Source of the DNA: Auanema rhodensis
Taxonomy: Eukaryota; Animalia; Nematoda
Assembly (NCBI GenBank): GCA_964057225.1
Contig: CAXKVF010000088.1
Span: 62,001 to 126,000 of the forward strand
Length of the DNA: 64,000 nucleotides
Direction of reading: 5' to 3'
Part shown: positions 13,377-29,216 of the stretch, one piece after another
Layout: every line of letters begins with the position of its first letter
Numbering within the stretch: the first letter of the stretch is position 1
Program-made: the position numbers and the translations under genes
Notes under the pieces: model-generated
What the model saw: only the letters and a program-made list of their open reading frames with translations
Databases searched by the model: none
Told to the model about the DNA's origin: nothing

Positions 13377-16300
13377 TACCATGAACCAATATCAATACAA
13401 ATTTGTTTTTAGACTAATATGGACATGGGGAATCTAATTTTGAAAACCGCATCTCTTTATCTTTCACGTGAAGCGAGTTACATACCAAGTGCACATTACG
13501 TGTACATTTAATTAGCATAAATTAAAGTTCACGTAAAATTCAAAGTCATGGTTACCATGCACCAATATCAATAAAAATTTGTTTTTAGACTAATATGGAC
13601 ATGGGGAATCTAATTTTGAAAACCGCATCTCTTTATCTTTCACGTGAAGCGAGTTACATACCAAGTGCACATCACGTGTACATTTAATTAGCATAAATTA
13701 AAGTTCACGTAAATTTCAAAGTCATGGTTACCATGCACCAATATCAATAAAAATTTGTTTTTAGACTAATATGAACATGGGGAATCTAATTTTGGAAACC
13801 GCATCTCTTTATCTTTCACGTGAAGCGAGTTACATACCAAGTGCACATTACGTGTACATTTAATTAGCATAAATTAAAGTTCACGTAAAATTCAAAGTCA
13901 TGGTTACCATGCACCAATATCAATAAAAATTTGTTTTTAGACTAATATGGACATGGGGAATCTAATTTTGAAAACCGCATCTCTTTATCTTTCACGTGAA
14001 GCGAGTTACATACCAAGTGCACATCACGTGTACATTTAATTAGCATAAATTAAAGTTCACGTAAATTTCAAAGTCATGGTTACCATGCACCAATATCAAT
14101 AAAAATTTGTTTTTAGACTAATATGGACATGGGGAATCTAATTTTGAAAACCGCATCTCTTTATCTTTCACGTGAAGCGAGTTACATACCAAGTGCACAT
14201 CACGTGTACATTTAATTAGCATAAATTAAAGTTCACGTAAATTTCAAAGTCATGGTTACCATGAACCAATATCAATACAAATTTGTTTTTAGACTAATAT
14301 GGACATGGGGAATCTAATTTTGAAAACCGCATCTCTTTATCTTTCACGTGAAGCGAGTTACATACCAAGTGCACATCACGTGTACATTTAATTAGCATAA
14401 ATTAAAGTTCACGTAAATTTCAAAGTCATGGTTACCATGCACCAATATCAATAAAAATTTGTTTTTAGACTAATATGGACATGGGGAATCTAATTTTGAA
14501 AACCGCATCTCTTTATCTTTCACGTGAAGCGAGTTACATACCAAGTGCACATCACGTGTACATTTAATTAGCATAAATTAAAGTTCACGTAAATTTCAAA
14601 GTCATGGTTACCATGAAGCAATATCAATAAAAATTTGTTTTTAGACTAATATGGACATGGGGAATCTAATTTTGAAAACCGCATCTCTTTATCTTTCACG
14701 TGAAGCGAGTTACATACCAAGTGCACATCACGTGTACATTTAATTAGCATAAATTAAAGTTCACGTAAATTTCAAAGTCATGGTTACCATGAACCAATAT
14801 CAATAAAAATTTGTTTTTAGACTAATATGGACATGGGGAATCTAATTTTGAAAACCGCATCTCTTTATCTTTCACGTGAAGCGAGTTACATACCAAGTGC
14901 ACATCACGTGTACATTTAATTAACATAAATTAAAGTTCACGTAAAATTCAAAGTCATGGTTACCATGCACCAATATCAATAAAAATTTGTTTTTAGACTA
15001 ATATGGACATGGGGAATCTAATTTTGAAAACCGCATCTCTTTATCTTTTACGTGAAGCGAGTTACATACCAAGTGCACATCACGTGTACATTTAATTAGC
15101 ATAAATTAAAGTTCACGTAAATTTCAAAGTCATGGTTACCATGAACCAATATCAATAAAAATTTGTTTTTAGACTAATATGGACATGGGGAATCTAATTT
15201 TGAAAACCGCATCTCTTTATCTTTCACGTGAAGCGAGTTACATACCAAGTGCACATTACGTGTACATTTAATTAGCATAAATTAAAGTTCACGTAAAATT
15301 CAAAGTCATGGTTACCATGCACCAATATCAATAAAAATTTGTTTTTAGACTAATATGGACATGGGGAATCTAATTTTGAAAACCGCATCTCTTTATCTTT
15401 CACGTGAAGCGAGTTACATACCAAGTGCACATCACGTGTACATTTAATTAGCATAAATTAAAGTTCACGTAAATTTCAAAGTCATGGTTACCATGAACCA
15501 ATATCAATACAAATTTGTTTTTAGACTAATATGAACATGGGGAATCTAATTTTGAAAACCGCATCTCTTTATCTTTCACGTGAAGCGAGTTACATACCAA
15601 GTGCACATTACGTGTACATTTAATTAGCATAAATTAAAGTTCACGTAAAATTCAAAGTCATGGTTACCATGCACCAATATCAATAAAAATTTGTTTTTAG
15701 ACTAATATGGACATGGGGAATCTAATTTTGAAAACCGCATCTCTTTATCTTTCACGTGAAGCGAGTTACATACCAAGTGCACATCACGTGTACATTTAAT
15801 TAGCATAAATTAAAGTTCACGTAAATTTCAAAGTCATGGTTACCATGAACCAATATCAATACAAATTTGTTTTTAGACTAATATGGACATGGGGAATCTA
15901 ATTTTGAAAACCGCATCTCTTTATCTTTCACGTGAAGCGAGTTACATACCAAGTGCACATCACGTGTACATTTAATTAGCATAAATTAAAGTTCACGTAA
16001 ATTTCAAAGTCATGGTTACCATGCACCAATATCAATAAAAATTTGTTTTTAGACTAATATGGACATGGGGAATCTAATTTTGAAAACCGCATCTCTTTAT
16101 CTTTCACGTGAAGCGAGTTACATACCAAGTGCACATCACGTGTACATTTAATTAGCATAAATTAAAGTTCACGTAAATTTCAAAGTCATGGTTACCATGA
16201 ACCAATATCAATAAAAATTTGTTTTTAGACTAATATGGACATGGGGAATCTAATTTTGAAAACCGCATCTCTTTATCTTTCACGTGAAGCGAGTTACATA

Positions 16301-19300
16301 CCAAGTGCACATCACGTGTACATTTAATTAGCATGAATTAAATTTCACGTAAATTTCAAAGTCATGGTTACCATGAACCAATATCAATAAAAATTTGTTT
16401 TTAGACTAATATGGACATGGGGAATCTAATTTTGAAAACCGCATCTCTTTATCTTTCACGTGAAGCGAGTTACATACCAAGTGCACATCACGTGTACATT
16501 TAATTAGCATAAATTAAAGTTCACGTAAATTTCAAAGTCATGGTTACCATGAACCAATATCAATAAAAATTTGTTTTTAGACTAATATGGACATGGGGAA
16601 TCTAATTTTGAAAACCGCATCTCTTTATCTTTCACGTGAAGCGAGTTACATACCAAGTGCACATCACGTGTACATTTAATTAGCATAAATTAAAGTTCAC
16701 GTAAATTTCAAAGTCATGGTTACCATGCACCAATATCAATAAAAATTTGTTTTTAGACTAATATGGACATGGGGAATCTAATTTTGAAAACCGCATCTCT
16801 TTATCTTTCACGTGAAGCGAGTTACATACCAAGTGCACATCACGTGTACATTTAATTAGCATAAATTAAAGTTCACGTAAATTTCAAAGTCATGGTTACC
16901 ATGCACCAATATCAATAAAAATTTGTTTTTAGACTAATATGGACATGGGGAATCTAATTTTGAAAACCGCATCTCTTTATCTTTCACGTGAAGCGAGTTA
17001 CATACCAAGTGCACATCACGTGTACATTTAATTAGCATAAATTAAAGTTCACGTAAATTTCAAAGTCATGGTTACCATGAACCAATATCAATAAAAATTT
17101 GTTTTTAGACTAATATGGACATGGGGAATCTAATTTTGAAAACCGCATCTCTTTATCTTTCACGTGAAGCGAGTTACATACCAAGTGCACATCACGTGTA
17201 CATTTAATTAGCATAAATTAAAGTTCACGTGAATTTCAAAGTCATGGTTACCATGAACCAATATCAATAAAAATTTGTTTTTAGACTAATATGGACATGG
17301 GGAATCTAATTTTGAAAACCGCATCTCTTTATCTTTCACGTGAAGCGAGTTACATACCAAGTGCACATCACGTGTACATTTAATTAGCATAAATTAAAGT
17401 TCACGTAAATTTCAAAGTCATGGTTACCATGAACCAATATCAATAAAAATTTGTTTTTAGACTAATATGGACATGGGGAATCTAATTTTGAAAACCGCAT
17501 CTCTTTATCTTTCACGTGAAGCGAGTTACATACCAAGTGCACATCACGTGTACATTTAATTAGCATAAATTAAAGTTCACGTAAATTTCAAAGTCATGGT
17601 TACCATGAAGCAATATCAATAAAAATTTGTTTTCAGACTAATATGGACATGGGGAATCTAATTTTGAAAACCGCATCTCTTTATCTTTCACGTGAAGCGA
17701 GTTACATACCAAGTGCACATCACGTGTACATTTAATTAGCATAAATTAAAGTTCACGTAAATTTCAAAGTCATGGTTACCATGAACCAATATCAATAAAA
17801 ATTTGTTTTTAGACTAATATGGACATGGGGAATCTAATTTTGAAAACCGCATCTCTTTATCTTTCACGTGAAGCGAGTTACATACCAAGTGCACATCACG
17901 TGTACATTTAATTAGCATAAATTAAAGTTCACGTAAATTTCAAAGTCATGGTTACCATGCACCAATATCAATAAAAATTTGTTTTTAGACTAATATGGAC
18001 ATGGGGAATCTAATTGTGAAAAGCGCATCTCTTTATCTTTCACGTGAAGCGAGTTACATACCAAGTGCACATCACGTGTACATTTAATTAGCATAAATTA
18101 AAGTTCACGTAAATTTCAAAGTCATGGTTACCATGAACCAATATCAATAAAAATTTGTTTTTAGACTAATATGGACATGGGGAATCTAATTTTGAAAACC
18201 GCATCTCTTTATCTTTCACGTGAAGCGAGTTACATACCAAGTGCACATCACGTGTACATTTAATTAGCATAAATTAAAGTTCACGTAAATTTCAAAGTCA
18301 TGGTTACCATGAAGCAATATCAATAAAAATTTGTTTTCAGACTAATATGGACATGGGGAATCTAATTTTGAAAACCGCATCTCTTTATCTTTCACGTGAA
18401 GCGAGTTACATACCAAGTGCACATCACGTGTACATTTAATTAGCATAAATTAAAGTTCACGTAAATTTCAAAGTCATGGTTACCATGAACCAATATCAAT
18501 AAAAATTTGTTTTTAGACTAATATGGACATGGGGAATCTAATTTTGAAAACCGCATCTCTTTATCTTTCACGTGAAGCGAGTTACATACCAAGTGCACAT
18601 CACGTGTACATTTAATTAGCATAAATTAAAGTTCACGTAAATTTCAAAGTCATGGTTACCATGCACCAATATCAATAAAAATTTGTTTTTAGACTAATAT
18701 GGACATGGGGAATCTAATTGTGAAAACCGCATCTCTTTATCTTTCACGTGAAGCGAGTTACATACCAAGTGCACATCACGTGTACATTTAATTAGCATAA
18801 ATTAAAGTTCACGTAAATTTCAAAGTCATGGTTACCATGCACCAATATCAATAAAAATTTGTTTTTAGACTAATATGGACATGGGGAATCTAATTGTGAA
18901 AACCGCATCTTTTTATCTTTCACGTGAAGCGAGTTACATACCAAGTGCACATCACGTGTACATTTAATTAGCATAAATTAAAGTTCACGTAAATTTCAAA
19001 GTCATGGTTACCATGCACCAATATCAATAAAAATTTGTTTTTAGACTAATATGGACATGGGGAATCTAATTGTGAAAACCGCATCTCTTTATCTTTCACG
19101 TGAAGCGAGTTACATACCAAGTGCACATCACGTGTACATTTAATTAGCATAAATTAAAGTTCACGTAAATTTCAAAGTCATGGTTACCATGAACCAATAT
19201 CAATAAAAATTTGTTTTTAGACTAATATGGACATGGGGAATCTAATTTTGAAAACCGCATCTCTTTATCTTTCACGTGAAGCGAGTTACATACCAAGTGC

Positions 19301-22300
19301 ACATTACGTGTACATTTAATTAGCATAAATTAAAGTTCACGTAAAATTCAAAGTCATGGTTACCATGCACCAATATCAATAAAAATTTGTTTTTAGACTA
19401 ATATGGACATGGGGAATCTAATTTTGAAAACCGCATCTCTTTATCTTTCACGTGAAGCGAGTTACATACCAAGTGCACATCACGTGTACATTTAATTAGC
19501 ATAAATTAAAGTTCACGTAAATTTCAAAGTCATGGTTACCATGAACCAATATCAATACAAATTTGTTTTTAGACTAATATGAACATGGGGAATCTAATTT
19601 TGAAAACCGCATCTCTTTATCTTTCACGTGAAGCGAGTTACATACCAAGTGCACATTACGTGTACATTTAATTAGCATAAATTAAAGTTCACGTAAAATT
19701 CAAAGTCATGGTTACCATGCACCAATATCAATAAAAATTTGTTTTTAGACTAATATGGACATGGGGAATCTAATTTTGAAAACCGCATCTCTTTATCTTT
19801 CACGTGAAGCGAGTTACATACCAAGTGCACATCACGTGTACATTTAATTAGCATAAATTAAAGTTCACGTAAATTTCAAAGTCATGGTTACCATGCACCA
19901 ATATCAATAAAAATTTGTTTTTAGACTAATATGGACATGGGGAATCTAATTTTGAAAACCGCATCTCTTTATCTTTCACGTGAAGCGAGTTACATACCAA
20001 GTGCACATCACGTGTACATTTAATTAGCATAAATTAAAGTTCACGTAAATTTCAAAGTCATGGTTACCATGAACCAATATCAATACAAATTTGTTTTTAG
20101 ACTAATATGGACATGGGGAATCTAATTTTGAAAACCGCATCTCTTTATCTTTCACGTGAAGCGAGTTACATACCAAGTGCACATCACGTGTACATTTAAT
20201 TAGCATAAATTAAAGTTCACGTAAATTTCAAAGTCATGGTTACCATGCACCAATATCAATAAAAATTTGTTTTTAGACTAATATGGACATGGGGAATCTA
20301 ATTTTGAAAACCGCATCTCTTTATCTTTCACGTGAAGCGAGTTACATACCAAGTGCACATCACGTGTACATTTAATTAGCATAAATTAAAGTTCACGTAA
20401 ATTTCAAAGTCATGGTTACCATGAAGCAATATCAATAAAAATTTGTTTTTAGACTAATATGGACATGGGGAATCTAATTTTGAAAACCGCATCTCTTTAT
20501 CTTTCACGTGAAGCGAGTTACATACCAAGTGCACATCACGTGTACATTTAATTAGCATAAATTAAAGTTCACGTAAATTTCAAAGTCATGGTTACCATGA
20601 ACCAATATCAATAAAAATTTGTTTTTAGACTAATATGGACATGGGGAATCTTATTTTGAAAACCGCATCTCTTTATCTTTCACGTGAAGCGAGTTACATA
20701 CCAAGTGCACATCACGTGTACATTTAATTAGCATAAATTAAAGTTCACGTAAATTTCAAAGTCATGGTTACCATGAAGCAATATCAATAAAAATTTGTTT
20801 TTAGACTAATATGGACATGGGGAATCTAATTTTGAAAACCGCATCTCTTTATCTTTCACGTGAAGCGAGTTACATACCAAGTGCACATCACGTGTACATT
20901 TAATTAGCATAAATTAAAGTTCACGTAAATTTCAAAGTCATGGTTACCATGAACCAATATCAATAAAAATTTGTTTTTAGACTAATATGGACATGGGGAA
21001 TCTAATTTTGAAAACCGCATCTCTTTATCTTTCACGTGAAGCGAGTTACATACCAAGTGCACATCACGTGTACATTTAATTAGCATAAATTAAAGTTCAC
21101 GTAAAATTCAAAGTCATGGTTACCATGCACCAATATCAATAAAAATTTGTTTTTAGACTAATATGGACATGGGGAATCTAATTTTGAAAACCGCATCTCT
21201 TTATCTTTTACGTGAAGCGAGTTACATACCAAGTGCACATCACGTGTACATTTAATTAGCATAAATTAAAGTTCACGTAAATTTCAAAGTCATGGTTACC
21301 ATGAACCAATATCAATAAAAATTTGTTTTTAGACTAATATGGACATGGGGAATCTAATTTTGAAAACCGCATCTCTTTATCTTTCACGTGAAGCGAGTTA
21401 CATACCAAGTGCACATTACGTGTACATTTAATTAGCATAAATTAAAGTTCACGTAAAATTCAAAGTCATGGTTACCATGCACCAATATCAATAAAAATTT
21501 GTTTTTAGACTAATATGGACATGGGGAATCTAATTTTGAAAACCGCATCTCTTTATCTTTCACGTGAAGCGAGTTACATACCAAGTGCACATCACGTGTA
21601 CATTTAATTAGCATAAATTAAAGTTCACGTAAATTTCAAAGTCATGGTTACCATGAACCAATATCAATACAAATTTGTTTTTAGACTAATATGAACATGG
21701 GGAATCTAATTTTGAAAACCGCATCTCTTTATCTTTCACGTGAAGCGAGTTACATACCAAGTGCACATTACGTGTACATTTAATTAGCATAAATTAAAGT
21801 TCACGTAAAATTCAAAGTCATGGTTACCATGCACCAATATCAATAAAAATTTGTTTTTAGACTAATATGGACATGGGGAATCTAATTTTGAAAACCGCAT
21901 CTCTTTATCTTTCACGTGAAGCGAGTTACATACCAAGTGCACATCACGTGTACATTTAATTAGCATAAATTAAAGTTCACGTAAATTTCAAAGTCATGGT
22001 TACCATGCACCAATATCAATAAAAATTTGTTTTTAGACTAATATGGACATGGGGAATCTAATTTTGAAAACCGCATCTCTTTATCTTTCACGTGAAGCGA
22101 GTTACATACCAAGTGCACATCACGTGTACATTTAATTAGCATAAATTAAAGTTCACGTAAATTTCAAAGTCATGGTTACCATGAACCAATATCAATACAA
22201 ATTTGTTTTTAGACTAATATGGACATGGGGAATCTAATTTTGAAAACCGCATCTCTTTATCTTTCACGTGAAGCGAGTTACATACCAAGTGCACATCACG

Positions 22301-23056
22301 TGTACATTTAATTAGCATAAATTAAAGTTCACGTAAATTTCAAAGTCATGGTTACCATGCACCAATATCAATAAAAATTTGTTTTTAGACTAATATGGAC
22401 ATGGGGAATCTAATTTTGAAAACCGCATCTCTTTATCTTTCACGTGAAGCGAGTTACATACCAAGTGCACATCACGTGTACATTTAATTAGCATAAATTA
22501 AAGTTCACGTAAATTTCAAAGTCATGGTTACCATGAAGCAATATCAATAAAAATTTGTTTTTAGACTAATATGGACATGGGGAATCTAATTTTGAAAACC
22601 GCATCTCTTTATCTGTCACGTGAAGCGAGTTACATACCAAGTGCACATCACGTGTACATTTAATTAGCATAAATTAAAGTTCACGTAAATTTCAAAGTCA
22701 TGGTTACCATGAACCAATATCAATAAAAATTTGTTTTTAGACTAATATGGACATGGGGAATCTAATTTTGAAAACCGCATCTCTTTATCTTTCACGTGAA
22801 GCGAGTTACATACCAAGTGCACATCACGTGTACATTTAATTAGCATAAATTAAAGTTCACGTAAAATTCAAAGTCATGGTTACCATGCACCAATATCAAT
22901 AAAAATTTGTTTTTAGACTAATATGGACATGGGGAATCTAATTTTGAAAACCGCATCTCTTTATCTTTTACGTGAAGCGAGTTACATACCAAGTGCACAT
23001 CACGTGTACATTTAATTAGCATAAATTAAAGTTCACGTAAATTTCAAAGTCATGGT
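13377..23056. repeat. Approximately 10-monomer (1760-bp) higher-order repeat family, interrupted
   Basis: Marker G46A (ATGAACAT) occurs at 13774, 15534, 19582 and 21694 (offsets of 10, 23 and 12 monomers). The order of A22C, C121T+T162A and C89T monomers is conserved between copies. Confidence 0.8.
17425..18832. repeat. 4-monomer (704-bp) tandem duplication
   Basis: T34C on a GAAG monomer at 17634 and 18338. In each copy TAATTGTGAA (T64G) follows two monomers later. Confidence 0.8.
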
Positions 23057-24640
23057 TACCATGAACCAATATCAATAAAAATTTGTTTTTAGACTAATAT
23101 GGACATGGGGAATCTAATTTTGAAAACCGCATCTCTTTATCTTTTACGTGAAGTGAGTTACATACCAAGTGCACATCACGTGTACATTTAATTAGCATAA
23201 ATTAAAGTTCACGTAAATTTCAAAGTCATGGTTACCATGAACCAATATCAATAAAAATTTGTTTTTAGACTAATATGGACATGGGGAATCTAATTTTGAA
23301 AACCGCATCTCTTTATCTTTCACGTGAAGCGAGTTACATACCAAGTGCACATCACGTGTACATTTAATCAGCATAAATTAAAGTTCACGTAAATTTCAAA
23401 GTCATGGTTACCATGCACCAATATCAATAAAAATTTGTTTTTAGACTAATATGGACATGGGGAATCTAATTTTGAAAACCGCATCTCTTTATCTTTCACG
23501 TGAAGCGAGTTACATACCAAGTGCACATCACGTGTACATTTAATTAGCATAAATTAAAGTTCACGTAAATTTCAAAGTCATGGTTACCATGAACCAATAT
23601 CAATAAAAATTTGTTTTTAGACTAATATGGACATGGGGAATCTAATTTTGAAAACCGCATCTCTTTATCTGTCACGTGAAGCGAGTTACATACCAAGTGC
23701 ACATCACGTGTACATTTAATTAGCATAAATTAAAGTTCACGTAAATTTCAAAGTCATGGTTACCATGAACCAATATCAATAAAAATTTGTTTTTAGACTA
23801 ATATGGACATGGGGAATCTAATTTTGAAAACCGCATCTCTTTATCTTTCACGTGAAGCGAGTTACATACCAAGTGCACATCACGTGTACATTTAATTAGC
23901 ATAAATTAAAGTTCACGTAAAATTCAAAGTCATGGTTACCATGCACCAATATCAATAAAAATTTGTTTTTAGACTAATATGGACATGGGGAATCTAATTT
24001 TGAAAACCGCATCTCTTTATCTTTTACGTGAAGCGAGTTACATACCAAGTGCACATCACGTGTACATTTAATTAGCATAAATTAAAGTTCACGTAAATTT
24101 CAAAGTCATGGTTACCATGAACCAATATCAATAAAAATTTGTTTTTAGACTAATATGGACATGGGGAATCTAATTTTGAAAACCGCATCTCTTTATCTTT
24201 TACGTGAAGCGAGTTACATACCAAGTGCACATCACGTGTACATTTAATTAGCATAAATTAAAGTTCACGTAAATTTCAAAGTCATGGTTACCATGAACCA
24301 ATATCAATAAAAATTTGTTTTTAGACTAATATGGACATGGGGAATCTAATTTTGAAAACCGCATCTCTTCATCTTTCACGTGAAGCGAGTTACATACCAA
24401 GTGCACATCACGTGTACATTTAATCAGCATAAATTAAAGTTCACGTAAATTTCAAAGTCATGGTTACCATGCACCAATATCAATAAAAATTTGTTTTTAG
24501 ACTAATATGGACATGGGGAATCTAATTTTGAAAACCGCATCTCTTTATCTTTCACGTGAAGCGAGTTACATACCAAGTGCACATCACGTGTACATTTAAT
24601 TAGCATAAATTAAAGTTCACGTAAATTTCAAAGTCATGGT
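22529..24640. repeat. 6-monomer (1056-bp) tandem duplication
   Basis: CTGTCACG (T87G) at 22615 and 23671. Each is followed by T162A, two C89T monomers and TAATCAGC (T137C). Confidence 0.88.
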
Positions 24641-26576
24641 TACCATGAACCAATATCAATAAAAATTTGTTTTTAGACTAATATGGACATGGGGAATCTA
24701 ATTTTGAAAACCGCATCTCTTTATCTTTCACGTGAAGCGAGTTACATACCAAGTGCACATCACGTGTACATTTAATTAGCATAAATTAAAGTTCACGTAA
24801 ATTTCAAAGTCATGGTTACCATGCACCAATATCAATAAAAATTTGTTTTTAGACTAATATGGACATGGGGAATCTAATTTTGAAAACCGCATCCCTTTAT
24901 CTTTCACGTGAAGGGAGTTACATACCAAGTGCACATCACGTGTACATTTAATTAGCATAAATTAAAGTTCACGTAAATTTCAAAGTCATGGTTACCATGA
25001 AGCAATATCAATAAAAATTTGTTTTTAGACTAATATGGACATGGGGAATCTAATTTTGAAAACCGCATCTTTTTATCTTTCACGTGAAGGGAGTTACATA
25101 CCAAGTGCACATCACGTGTACATTTAATTAGCATAAATTAAAGTTCACGTAAATTTCAAAGTCATGGTTACCATGAACCAATATCAATAAAAATTTGTTT
25201 TTAGACTAATATGGACATGGGGAATCTAATTTTGAAAACCGCATCTCTTTATCTTTCACGTGAAGCGAGTTACATACCAAGTGCACATCACGTGTACATT
25301 TAATTAGCATAAATTAAAGTTCACGTAAATTTCAAAGTCATGGTTACCATGAACCAATATCAATAAAAATTTGTTTTTAGACTAATATGGACATGGGGAA
25401 TCTAATTTTGAAAACCGCATCTCTTTATCTTTCACGTGAAGCGAGTTACATACCAAGTGCACATCACGTGTACATTTAATTAGCATAAATTAAAGTTCAC
25501 GTAAATTTCAAAGTCATGGTTACCATGCACCAATATCAATAAAAATTTGTTTTTAGACTAATATGGACATGGGGAATCTAATTTTGAAAACCGCATCCCT
25601 TTATCTTTCACGTGAAGGGAGTTACATACCAAGTGCACATCACGTGTACATTTAATTAGCATAAATTAAAGTTCACGTAAATTTCAAAGTCATGGTTACC
25701 ATGAAGCAATATCAATAAAAATTTGTTTTTAGACTAATATGGACATGGGGAATCTAATTTTGAAAACCGCATCTTTTTATCTTTCACGTGAAGGGAGTTA
25801 CATACCAAGTGCACATCACGTGTACATTTAATTAGCATAAATTAAAGTTCACGTAAATTTCAAAGTCATGGTTACCATGAACCAATATCAATAAAAATTT
25901 GTTTTTAGACTAATATGGACATGGGGAATCTAATTTTGAAAACCGCATCTCTTTATCTTTCACGTGAAGCGAGTTACATACCAAGTGCACATCACGTGTA
26001 CATTTAATTAGCATAAATTAAAGTTCACGTAAATTTCAAAGTCATGGTTACCATGCACCAATATCAATAAAAATTTGTTTTTAGACTAATATGGACATGG
26101 GGAATCTAATTTTGAAAACCGCATCCCTTTATCTTTCACGTGAAGGGAGTTACATACCAAGTGCACATCACGTGTACATTTAATTAGCATAAATTAAAGT
26201 TCACGTAAATTTCAAAGTCATGGTTACCATGAAGCAATATCAATAAAAATTTGTTTTTAGACTAATATGGACATGGGGAATCTAATTTTGAAAACCGCAT
26301 CTCTTTATCTTTCACGTGAAGGGAGTTACATACCAAGTGCACATCACGTGTACATTTAATTAGCATAAATTAAAGTTCACGTAAATTTCAAAGTCATGGT
26401 TACCATGAACTAATATCAATAAAAATTTGTTTTTAGACTAATATGGACATGGGGAATCTAATTTTGAAAACCGCATCTCTTTATCTTTCACGTGAAGCGA
26501 GTTACATACCAAGTGCACATCACGTGTACATTTAATTAGCATAAATTAAAGTTCACGTAAATTTCAAAGTCATGGT

Positions 26577-29216
26577 TACCATGCACCAATATCAATAAAA
26601 ATTTGTTTTTAGACTAATATGGACATGGGGAATCTAATTTTGAAAACCGCATCTCTTTATCTTTCACGTGAAGGGAGTTACATACCAAGTGCACATCACG
26701 TGTACATTTAATTAGCATAAATTAAAGTTCACGTAAATTTCAAAGTCATGGTTACCATGAACCAATATCAATAAAAATTTGTTTTTAGACTAATATGGAC
26801 ATGGGGAATCTAATTTTGAAAACCGCATCTCTTTATCTTTCACGTGAAGCGAGTTACATACCAAGTGCACATCACGTGTACATTTAATTAGCATAAATTA
26901 AAGTTCACGTAAATTTCAAAGTCATGGTTACCATGAACCAATATCAATACAAATTTGTTTTTAGACTAATATGGACATGGGGAATCTAATTTTGAAAACC
27001 GCATCTCTTTATCTTTCACGTGAAGCGAGTTACATACCAAGTGCACATTACGTGTACATTTAATTAGCATAAATTAAAGTTCACGTAAAATTCAAAGTCA
27101 TGGTTACCATGCACCAATATCAATAAAAATTTGTTTTTAGACTAATATGGACATGGGGAATCTAATTTTGAAAACCGCATCTCTTTATCTTTCACGTGAA
27201 GCGAGTTACATACCAAGTGCACATCACGTGTACATTTAATTAGCATAAATTAAAGTTCACGTAAATTTCAAAGTCATGGTTACCATGCACCAATATCAAT
27301 AAAAATTTGTTTTTAGACTAATATGGACATGGGGAATCTAATTTTGAAAACCGCATCTCTTTATCTTTCACGTGAAGCGAGTTACATACCAAGTGCACAT
27401 TACGTGTACATTTAATTAGCATAAATTAAAGTTCACGTAAAATTCAAAGTCATGGTTACCATGCACCAATATCAATAAAAATTTGTTTTTAGACTAATAT
27501 GGACATGGGGAATCTAATTTTGAAAACCGCATCTCTTTATCTTTCACGTGAAGGGAGTTACATACCAAGTGCACATCACGTGTACATTTAATTAGCATAA
27601 ATTAAAGTTCACGTAAATTTCAAAGTCATGGTTACCATGAACCAATATCAATAAAAATTTGTTTTTAGACTAATATGGACATGGGGAATCTAATTTTGAA
27701 AACCGCATCTCTTTATCTTTCACGTGAAGCGAGTTACATACCAAGTGCACATCACGTGTACATTTAATTAGCATAAATTAAAGTTCACGTAAATTTCAAA
27801 GTCATGGTTACCATGAACCAATATCAATACAAATTTGTTTTTAGACTAATATGGACATGGGGAATCTAATTTTGAAAACCGCATCTCTTTATCTTTCACG
27901 TGAAGCGAGTTACATACCAAGTGCACATTACGTGTACATTTAATTAGCATAAATTAAAGTTCACGTAAAATTCAAAGTCATGGTTACCATGCACCAATAT
28001 CAATAAAAATTTGTTTTTAGACTAATATGGACATGGGGAATCTAATTTTGAAAACCGCATCTCTTTATCTTTCACGTGAAGCGAGTTACATACCAAGTGC
28101 ACATCACGTGTACATTTAATTAGCATAAATTAAAGTTCACGTAAATTTCAAAGTCATGGTTACCATGCACCAATATCAATAAAAATTTGTTTTTAGACTA
28201 ATATGGACATGGGGAATCTAATTTTGAAAACCGCATCTCTTTATCTTTCACGTGAAGGGAGTTACATACCAAGTGCACATCACGTGTACATTTAATTAGC
28301 ATAAATTAAAGTTCACGTAAATTTCAAAGTCATGGTTACCATGAAGCAATATCAATAAAAATTTGTTTTTAGACTAATATGGACATGGGGAATCTAATTT
28401 TGAAAACCGCATCTCTTTATCTTTCACGTGAAGGGAGTTACATACCAAGTGCACATCACGTGTACATTTAATTAGCATAAATTAAAGTTCACGTAAATTT
28501 CAAAGTCATGGTTACCATGAACCAATATCAATAAAAATTTGTTTTTAGACTAATATGGACATGGGGAATCTAATTTTGAAAACCGCATCTCTTTATCTTT
28601 CACGTGAAGCGAGTTACATACCAAGTGCACATCACGTGTACATTTAATTAGCATAAATTAAAGTTCACGTAAATTTCAAAGTCATGGTTACCATGAACCA
28701 ATATCAATACAAATTTGTTTTTAGACTAATATGGACATGGGGAATCTAATTTTGAAAACCGCATCTCTTTATCTTTCACGTGAAGCGAGTTACATACCAA
28801 GTGCACATTACGTGTACATTTAATTAGCATAAATTAAAGTTCACGTAAAATTCAAAGTCATGGTTACCATGCACCAATATCAATAAAAATTTGTTTTTAG
28901 ACTAATATGGACATGGGGAATCTAATTTTGAAAATCGCATCTCTTTATCTTTCACGTGAAGCGAGTTACATACCAAGTGCACATCACGTGTACATTTAAT
29001 TAGCATAAATTAAAGTTCACGTAAATTTCAAAGTCATGGTTACCATGCACCAATATCAATAAAAATTTGTTTTTAGACTAATATGGACATGGGGAATCTA
29101 ATTTTGAAAACCGCATCTCTTTATCTTTCACGTGAAGCGAGTTACATACCAAGTGCACATCACGTGTACATTTAATTAGCATAAATTAAAGTTCACGTAA
29201 ATTTCAAAGTCATGGT
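26577..29216. repeat. 5-monomer (880-bp) higher-order repeat, about 3 copies
   Basis: The A22C+C121T+T162A monomer occurs at 26950, 27830 and 28710, and a C98G monomer sits two monomers upstream each time. Confidence 0.8.
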
